Shown here one piece after another: positions 54,655-64,000 of a stretch of 64,000 nucleotides of DNA. The DNA is from Trichoplax adhaerens (taxonomy: Eukaryota > Animalia > Placozoa). Both the position numbers and the translations under genes were made by a program. Each line of letters starts with the position of its first letter. The first letter of the stretch is position 1. The notes beneath the pieces were generated by a model. That model searched no databases and was not told the origin of the DNA. It worked only from the letters and a program-made list of their open reading frames with translations. The stretch covers positions 6,711,648 through 6,775,647 of the forward strand of contig NW_002060947.1 of the NCBI RefSeq assembly GCF_000150275.1, in the 5' to 3' direction.

Positions 54655-55070
54655 TAGCGATGTTGTTAACTTATAAGGATACTTTATTCCAAAAGCTAGA
54701 ATAATTTTTTATGTGAGTATCACGTGAAGATAATTTTTAGACTGTACCGTAACTAAGCATTGCCTTAAATAATGTTTAAAATATCTATAAAGTATTCAAT
54801 CGATATTGTTAGATTACAAAAATATTTTATTCCAAAAAGCTAAAATAATTTTATAAGAAAGAATTACATAAATATGGTTGTTTAGAGCGTTACTAAATAT
54901 TACTATAAGTTATGCGCATATAATCATAAAGTACTCAATGGATGTTATAAGGTTACAAAAATACTTTATTCCAAAAACTAGAATAATCTTTGATATGAGG
55001 ATCACATAAGGACGATTCTCAGAAGGTAACTAATTAATTATTTAAGAGCATGATCCTCATATATCTATAA
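54655..55070. repeat. Diverged tandem repeat, about 3 x 140 bp, in the E-F spacer
   Basis: TTTATTCCAAAA(A)(G)CTA core at about 54683, 54826 and 54965 with similar flanks. Confidence 0.7.
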
Positions 55071-55423
55071 ATTTTTAAAACTTTAGCTAAGTAAAGCTAT
55101 AGCTGAATCTTATCTGAGTTTTAGACATAGTTCAAATTAAGTACACATTATATAATTCCATGGTTATCACTATGGCCTGTTATACACATTCCTTAAGTTG
55201 TCTTTTAAATGAATTTGATCTTAGCATGACAATAGCGGTAATCGGTTAAAATTTGAATGGAAAATATATGGTAAAACTTTTTTGGCGTGAAAATTAATAT
55301 TTTAAAATTATAACGGCCAGCCCTATACACTAACTATTTACACTTATTATGCCGTTTACATTATTAATAACTCTGGCTTGAGAACAATAAATTTAATTGA
55401 CGGTTCATAACAGAATTAGATAT

Positions 55424-55930
55424 TGTCAAAAAAACAGCTTCGCGACAAAGTCTATTTAAATAAGAATCTCGAAATTTCTGAAGTATCCGGATTCAACATC
55501 CCTAAACTACTCATAAGAGCTAAGGCACTTTTACCTTTACGTTATAATACTAGAGAACTGATTTTACGCAACGATCAGCCGAGCTTATATACCTTTCGGT
55601 AGTGGTTAATGTTGATGAATCATCTTACAACAGCAATTATTGGTATGGACGTTTACTGACTGATTTTACATAATCGAGCTACAATGAGGCCACTCATAGA
55701 GTCATTTTAGTACACCTACACATTACCGTTAGTCGTAATTACAGTTATAAGGGCTTATACTGCATTCAATTGCTACATAAGAACTGTATACAGTGCAATA
55801 CATAATTTCCTGTAATATATTATAACTTCATTGATTCCAACTGTAGGAAACTAATTGTGATCGCCATATATAATTATTGAGGTCGCTACGTTTAGTCATT
55901 TAATTCTCCACAACAGTTCACATCGTGACA
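55424..55930 (-). mobile_element. Solo LTR in the E-F spacer
   Basis: Left end TGTCAAAAAAACAGCTTCGCGACAA resembles the reverse complement of the 44775 terminus. Right end CGTGACA, TSD GATAT/GACAT (4/5), minus-strand TATATAAG at about 55585. Confidence 0.7.
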
Positions 55931-57161
55931 GACATACATTAGAAATGATACGTTAATGTCTGGTAGTAAATTATACGTAAATTATTTCATTGTCACGCAA
56001 TTATGATATTTATATTTAGGACAAGCTAGTATTTAAATAAGCGGCTCTTTTAGGTTAATAGTTATAAAACGTTCTAAAATTATTAGAAATCAATTCTTAT
56101 TTCTCTCTTTTCTACAATATAAGAGTAATTTTTACTTATTATACAAGTATATTTACTAGCCTTCTCGTTGCGGATAATTCAAATTCTAATTAGTTCTTTT
56201 GATATTTATCTTCATTGATAATATAATTCACAATTTATTGCTGTACTCGAACTTTTTGAGCCATTCTACTTTTTATTCTTCTATAATAAACAAAGCCAGT
56301 AACAAGTTTCGCTGTTATCTTGAAATGTAACAACCGGAAGAAGTAACGAGAAATAATAGTGCGTTTAAATTAAGTTTACAAAACAGTATCTCATTATAAT
56401 ACTATACGAGTATAATCTAGTATTAGGCTTAAAAGCCTTTAAATTTAACTGCATAGCCATTCATGAAGTAGAAATCCCAAGTTACGATTCTTTAGTAAAT
56501 TAGCCTGACATTATACAAAATATGATAGAAGAAAATCTGAAATTATGGTGCATATATATAGTTGAAAGACGGCTGTTTATTATAATTCTAGTCAATTGAA
56601 TAAAGGCTGTGTTTCTTATTCTGTAGACGTAGCAAATATTTGTTACATAGTAACATCTGAAAGTGAAATTGCTAATACACTAATAAATAATTCATAACTT
56701 AAAATAATGTAAATGCCCTTTCATTAGATTAAAAATTAATCTATATTCGAATTTAAATTGAAAAATTTTTGTTTAAATAGATGCTATAAAGTATCGTAAT
56801 ATTAAAAAATATACCTATAATTTCATGTATATTCAATGATGCGTATTTCACATAGTTACTATATACCGTCCCTAATCAATCGATTTTTATAAACGATGGC
56901 ATACCAGGTATTACCATCTAAAGAAGGAGTTAACGACATACTAATTAATATTTTATACATAAAGTACTGTAAGTACCCTATCAATAAATTACAAATTAAT
57001 CTATAGACGGATTAAACTGGAAAGTTTTGTTTCTGTAGATGTTAAATAGTACGTCAGTATTAAAAGTGTATGGTAATTTCCGTTATATTCACTGATACAC
57101 ATTTCACATGTTTACTACATACCATATCGATCGATTGTAACCTATACTATATATAAAGGTG

Positions 57162-57175
57162 GTAATTATGGTAAT
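57162..57175. promoter_or_regulatory. Weak X-box-like palindrome upstream of copy F
   Basis: GTAATTATGGTAAT (reverse complement ATTACCATAATTAC, resembling the copy E site) about 340 bp before the ATG. Confidence 0.25.
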
Positions 57176-57516
57176 TTTCCTGGAATTCGCACTTCTTTCG
57201 ACGGGCTAGATAAAAACAATTGAATTAATTACTAAACAGTACCACCGTATTTGGAATGTAGAACATTAGAAATTGAATTTTAACGGGCGTGCTCAAATAC
57301 GTCCTGATACTTTGGTATAATAATAAAATAATCGGTAAGCTGATTAAAGTCGGATCGAACACCTGCCCTTTTCTACTTATTCTGACCAATAAACTACAAA
57401 ATTATTCTCATTTTCAAATTTAAGATTGATTTTAATTAATTGTAAATCATTTTAAACTTCACATCACCTTTACAAATTAAAACTGGGGACAATTGCTTAC
57501 GATCCATTTAGAATAA

Positions 57517-60500
57517 ATGTTAAACATGAGGAAAGGATCAAAAATACAGGCATTTGATCATAAGAATGAAGACGAGCCGAACTGTAATGACGTTGTCCGA
57601 TCTGGTAGTAGCAGGAGGAAATTTTCCAATTGTAAATCGAAGAAAAATCTGACTCGCTCTTCAGCTATCGAAAATGGCATCAAGAATATGCTCATTGATG
57701 TGAAAGAACAGCATGTAAAGTCAAAAACGGCAACTGATTTTGCAGTGAATAGCTCATTAGTTAGCCTTGGGTTTGCTGCATCAAATTCTAAAGCACAGGA
57801 TCTGTTGAAGGTGAGAAGTATACGTACATTCACCGAAATGTATTTCTCGATTTCATTCTTATGGAACAGTGTAGGTGAAAGCCTGATAGTAACAAATTTT
57901 AGATATTAACGAAGTTTTACCGTTATTGTAATTAATAGCTCGCCATAAATTTTTTGTTGCAATTGAACTACTTGGTGTTGAAATTACAATCGATCCCAGG
58001 CAATAATTATAGGCTAAATAGTCATGGTTGGATCCTAGATTCGAATCTACTTTTTTATTTGGGTTTTCTGTAATATTTTTAATTTTTTTAGTTGTAATAA
58101 AGAGCTATAGGTTATCACTTCTAAGACGCATCGAAAGGAATTGAAGCATATTGTAAAGAATTTAACATGAAAGAGCACAATATCAAACAATTTCAATCTG
58201 AAAATATCTTTAAATGCCCTGCTTTTATCTCTTTACATTTATAAAAATGCACAAATATCTAGCTTGGTAATAACCTAAATAATGCTTATGTTTAAAACTA
58301 TTTCAAGGTATGCGTAATTATTATTACTTACAGAAGGAAATGAAATTGATGTAAAACACTATAACCACCCGATCCAAACGATTGTCTTCAATTCTTACTC
58401 CAAAATCATTGATTAGTTCAATCACTAATTTGTAATGGTTTAATCAACTATAGTGTTAGCGGGGAAAAGCTAAGTTTCTTTTGATCATGATTCTAATCCT
58501 GCAATTTCTTAAATGGAAATATGGATTTAAGGATAAATTTAATATTAGGCTTTTCACCTAAACCTGAAGACTGATAATTATAATAGCGCACCGATAATCA
58601 CCATGCGCATGTATTTGCAATTTATAAATAATATTGACAAATGACATAAAAGTACTATTTGCAGACGAAAATACGTAGATTAATAGCTTCTGATCAAAAT
58701 TGAGTTTTAGTTCCTAACTGTAGATACTTTTGTCTAGTACTGTACTTTATAATAAGTACTATACCTAATTAGACCATCTGGATATCAGATACCCTATGTT
58801 TGTTGCCGCCTTATATTGGTTTTTGAGGAAAGTAATATATTCGTAGTTGATATTGATATGCATTACAGTTCGAGTATACATGCCAGGTGAGGGCGTATAG
58901 AAACGAAGAAATATCTCGATGTTGGTTGCAGAAATCCAAATTATTTACATATCACCATATGAAACAGCAATCGCTAACACTAATGATATTAGCATCGATA
59001 AGTTGATTATTACTACGAACATTCATAGTAGTATCAATAAATTGTTAGTATGTTTGGCCTTTGCTATCATACATAGACTAGACTTAATAAAAAATGATTC
59101 AGCGTCTACTTTAATACCGTGCGACAAAAGTTATTAGAAGATTTATTCACGCTATTTATTAAAACTGTTGACGTTAAAATTGAAAATAAATAACCAGCAA
59201 AGTAATCCAGCGGTACTAGTAACAGTAAGGCAAAGATCTTTAAAGTTAGCAAATACGTATTTAGTGTATTTGACACATAGTAGGCTAATTGATCAGATGT
59301 ATTCGAAATTTTATACGTAAAGAATCTATATAAAATAGGTAAAATTTGGTCTTTGTAGTCTACAGACCATGTAAGAAAAATTTCCAAGGATGATATACCC
59401 AACCCATCCCTGATACTGTTTTGAAATGTACTTGTACTTTATTGCTCAATTAAAGAGTTGCAATTGCTTTCTAGAATTTTCATACACGAGTCCTGATAAT
59501 TAGTACTAAATTAAACAATTCTGATCGGTGCTTCACAAAGAAGTAATTGATGCAATTACAATATGAGCATTTTTAACAAACTATAGCAGCAATTTTCTTA
59601 TTTCGGTAATCTATCCCACCCTCTGCATTATATCAATAACAGTTTCTTATAGCCAGGGTTCAGTAAGTATCATAGAAATATTATTGGGCACTGTAGTAAC
59701 CTGCAATAAATCATTAACTGATTGATTCTTGCGATAGTATAATTTCATAAACAATTCTTAGTTTGTTAGATACTAGCCGAAATTGAGAATCGTATTTTGT
59801 TTTGAGTACCATGTCACCCAGTACCTCCGAGAGTAGGCATAATTATATCCATTATTGTCACAGTTATGGGAGGTGATATACTTTGGGAGATTATAACAGA
59901 TCTCATTAAATCTGAAAATTGTTAATTTTTGCAACGATGGACGTTTAAACTTAATAGAATACCCTACTTAATTTGTAGTATTATACTAGAAGACTGTCAA
60001 AATTTCAACTCTGCGACAAGAAAAAGTACAGTAAAAGTAAATAAGTAACTATTGACTTAAACGCCATTCTACTAAACGTTAAACACATACAGCGAAGTAC
60101 TGTAAAGAAAGAAATTATATTAGCATAGACATTTTTACAACTTCTTACCACATATCTGCAACTGTTTACCACATAACTCAATTCAAACATTCCCGTTTAT
60201 ATAGAAACCGTCTAGTTGTAAACAACAGTATTATTATTATACCTTACAGGGAGAGACATCTCGAAATGAGATGTTCCTTACATAGCTTTAATATCAGTAA
60301 ATATTTTTAATCTCTTACTCAAAATTAATCTTAATCTAAGTTAGTATGCTGACTAACTCAACTATCAATAGCTGGAACTTGAATCATATTACTACTATCT
60401 GTCCATAATAACAAATATGTAATAAACTATCACAAATAATATTTACGTTAAGGCATTCCTTATCTTACCTAGCGCTACAACTATGAATGTTTTTCACATT

Positions 60501-63500
60501 AGCTACTACTGTACTCTTGAAAATATCCTAATGGTGAGGTAACACCGTAACATAGACTTATGTGAAGCATTTCAAGCAGCTTTTTATTAGTTAATTAATA
60601 TTATAAAGAACTGATGTTTCCAAGATCAAGATGTTCTACCTCTAGTAATTAATTGATTATGACGGGCAATATACTCTTATATATTCTATGATTTGATCAT
60701 CATACCAAATTAGTTATAAACTTTGAATCTAACTACCTCGCTTACATAGCGATTCTTGATTTAGTTGAGATGAGATGCATATTAAAATCTGATTAAAAGA
60801 TATTAATTTAGTTCCTTTGTTACTTATGCTAAGACTTTAGCAAACTAATGTGCTCTAAATTTTCATCAAAACTATGATATCATTTAAGTACTATTAATAT
60901 CTTAACTTGAATTTGAATCCTTTCAATGTCACAGCGATCATATTCTTAACTTCAATTTGGACTTATTAACTGCAATTTAGGTTTAAAAATAAGAAAACAT
61001 TCATTCCACTATACAGACTAAAATATTAAATAAATTAATTATTACACTGTAATAAATTGACCAATTCTACAAAACAAATCTAAAAATAATATTTATGAAA
61101 CAAGTGCATTGTCTGGGATCAGTAGCGATATCTAACTTGACGATTAATTCATTCCGATCTCAATTAAAGCAATCTCTACAATGAAAGCACAAATCGTTGG
61201 TACTATGTGCGACATACAGTACTCTAGAATCCTATCCCGTTGAGTTTCGTACCGTCAATTATCTTTATCATATTGATAAGGGAATCGTAAGTATTATCAA
61301 CAATTCTCTGAATTAAACGCCTCTTTATCGTACTTATTGGTATGGCAACTTTTCTGCTATCTGTAAATTTACCTAATAGCGAGTCATTCAGATTTTTTAT
61401 ATCGCTTAAGTCAGATACTTAAATAAATTTTTTACCAGTCACTATTTATTTTGGATATCACTTGGCCAGATCTATTCGTCAAGACAGTTCAATATTCCTA
61501 TAAGTTATTGAATCAATATAGTTTGCAATTTAATCGTTTAGTTCTTGTAATCTACTTATTTAGATTGGAATAGAGTTAACCTTTAAATTCTATTAGAATA
61601 AGTGGCTTAACGCAAAGGCATTTATCTTAAGAGCAATTAATAAATATCTGAGTTGCCGATATACCTAGACTAAAGCAGTTTTTAAGTTGTCATACGATTA
61701 AATATAATTAACTGATTGTTAACTTAACGTGCGACTTCATAATAAATGTATAAATCTTTGGTACGCGGTATACTCTAGAATCCAATCTGATCGAGCACAA
61801 TCAGATACCATTTTATAGTTCTCGTCAGTAATGGATAGCTTGTCAATAATAAATTATTTTCTACCATCTAAAGAAGTTTAGAAAATTTTTCAAAAAGAAC
61901 TAATTAGGGGTTCAACCATGTTGGCGTGCTGTATCTAATCCACATTACTAACTAACTTGATATTAGATTATTGCTAGGATGAACCATAGAAGCTATACAT
62001 TTACCTTACTAATTTAAATTAATATATCGCAATGAACAGGCTATCAAATTGGGCTCGCTCGAAGAAATACAGAATTTACTTACTCTCAACCGTTATGATT
62101 GCAATAAAATCAACTCGGTAGATGAAGAAAATTTATTTACTTTTATGCATTTTGCTGCAAGATATGATCGATCCGATGCTGTTGGTTGCTTGATCGATTT
62201 TGGCGCAGGTAAATTTTCAGATTTTTTAAGGTATTCTAGTATACTATTGTCTTATCTCCAAATTGATCGCCAAAAAAAAGCTTTTTAAAAATTCATACTT
62301 TAATCTAATCCTGTACGATCTGATCAATATCATTTTACAAACATTTTTCGTTATTTAGATGTTAACAGTAAGGGGGGCAAAGATGGTATTACTCCTCTTC
62401 ACATTACTGCCCAGTTTAACGGTACGAGTGCAGCTCAAACCTTAATTCAGTTTGGTGCAATTGTTTCTGCTAATTCTAAAACAAAAGAAAACCCTTTGCA
62501 TTATTGCTGTAAATACGGAAATGATAAAGTGGCGGAGGTATTACGATATTATAATTACAATTGCTTAACATATGCAATATTAGTTTCTAGCACTTTAATG
62601 TAGCTTAGTATGGGGATTGTAGACTAGCTATTAGCAATGTTTAGTACGATATACGGCTGCGTAATTTTCTATATTAACTTGAAGACATATTTAGTACAGT
62701 AGCTTATAATCATAAGCTGTAGTGAAACATTCTATGCAAGTAAAGGCGACTATATACGGCAGAGTATCGAGGCAATATTAAAGTTAGAGGTTAAAATAGA
62801 ACTGTAATTTATATATTTGGATGTGCTTAATTCATCGTACTCTTGACTAGTAGAAATAATACATCTACTTAAATACAGTAGTAGCTTCCATATTGGATTA
62901 ACGATGATCCACTGTAAAGAGTTGTTACTAATAATAATCTTAATATTTGTAGAATACTGTAGAATGTTGCTATGCTGATTGTAGTTCTGAATGCTACGAA
63001 ATCTATAGTATATGGCATTTATTTTGCATATTTTATACCGTACTTAAAATTTACTTTTAAAGTTATTTCTCACTTCTTATCCTATCCTGAACCTTTTAAA
63101 ATTAATTTATTTGGAAATTGTATCTGAACTAGATCATTGTAAGAGAAGCTGAAAGACTTAATATGACTGGAAAGATTGTTAATCAGCCTGATAACGAGTC
63201 TCACTGTCCTATCCATCTCGCAGCTTTATATAATAATAATACGAAGATAATTAATATTTTAGTAAGCTTAAAATATGATTTAGCAAATGATTTGTAGCTG
63301 ACAATACAGTAGGTACAGGTAGTATATCATATGAACGATAATAGCCTTTCATAACCAATATCTCTTTCCATTTGACGTAATTGTCATATTTGTCATGAAG
63401 CTAAAGCATGGAGCAAGTATAGTAAAAAAGAACCTTACTGGTCGATTACCTTCTCATTTTGCGGCAGAACATATGGATACGGCTATTTTAGAGTATCTGC

Positions 63501-63862
63501 TTCAACACGGTAAGCTGGATTTATTCATACATACTGTGAGAAAATATACTACTCATTCATTGCTATTGATCGTGTATAATACAATGAACTCTCCGAAATT
63601 TTCATTTATAGCTAAAATTAAAGGTCTCAACGATTATGTAGTAATGTCTAATAGCGACCGAGGTACAGCTCTTCATATTGCCGCCGATGTTGGTTCCGTT
63701 GTCGTAAGTATTTATAGCATACCTTTGCCTGTTGTGGCTTAATGCAATGTAGTTATACAGTTAAATTTAAATAAAGTTTTGTACTATTAAAACGACATGT
63801 ATTTGATCAATTAGGCAGCAGAAATTTGTTTTAAGTACGGTGCGGAGATCGAAGCTCAAACT
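57517..63862 (+). CDS. TRPA1-like: TRPA1-like channel, copy F (exons 1-7; continues beyond window)
   Basis: Exons 57517-57810, 62040-62208, 62359-62537, 63133-63261, 63401-63509, 63612-63703 and 63815-63862 encode ankyrin repeats with the same intron phases as copies B-E. Intron 1 is 4.2 kb. The TM region is not in the window. Confidence 0.82.
58790..59890 (-). pseudogene. Decayed intronless rhodopsin-class GPCR in intron 1 of copy F
   Basis: Minus-strand translation with stops and frameshifts gives ordered class A-like motifs: TM1 LG(V)LGDMVL, ICL1 NKLRIV, TM2 NQSVNDLLQVTTVP, ECL1 EPWL, TM3 ASITSL*STDQ, TM4 GWVGYIILG, hydrophobic TM5/TM6, TM7-like SPGMY. Confidence 0.55.
59995..60552 (-). 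mobile_element. Solo LTR in intron 1 of copy F
   Basis: Collinear with 27561-28114 along its length. TGTCAA...GTAACA termini, TSD AAGAC/TAGAC (4/5). Confidence 0.85.
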
Positions 63863-64000
63863 GTAAATTGAGTTATAATGCAACGTAATTATTTATTTTA
63901 GAAGAACTATTTAAAATTTAAATAATTACCTTATACCACTTCCTTCTGCATAAGATAATATTGATAGCTAATTAATGTATGGAATTCATGAGATAAAAAT

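Noticed and set aside
333-63742. Short ORFs of the supplied track as stand-alone genes
   Set aside because: They are single exons running into introns, antisense shadows of exons (e.g. 17937-18149, 20256-20489, 48384-48638, 57558-57833) or chance ORFs in LTRs (31462-31650, 36285-36500, 44228-44419, 60005-60190).

Overview
This is AT-rich, intron-dense animal genomic DNA. A placozoan such as Trichoplax is my guess from composition and intron size only. The window is a head-to-tail tandem array of at least six TRPA1-like channel paralogs on the + strand, each with about 17 ankyrin repeats, six TM segments and the S6 motif NLL(I/V)GLAVGDI. Copy A (to 1400) is a 3' end only. Copies B (3500-13443), C (15792-26786) and E (45532-53934) have 25 exons with no lesion seen. 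Copy D (30705-41718) carries a codon-6 nonsense mutation and a solo LTR inside exon 11. Copy F (from 57517) is a 5' part only. Each of the five visible promoters has an RFX X-box-like palindrome about 270-450 bp upstream of the ATG, which suggests expression in ciliated cells. The paralogs differ in pore acidity and largely lack the electrophile-sensing cysteines and the S2-S3 Ca2+ site of vertebrate TRPA1. Introns and spacers hold nine solo-LTR-like elements (most with 5-bp TSDs, one nested), a MITE, several tandem repeats and a decayed antisense rhodopsin-type GPCR pseudogene. Exon structures and alignments were read by eye, and human TRPA1 residue numbers are recalled rather than computed.
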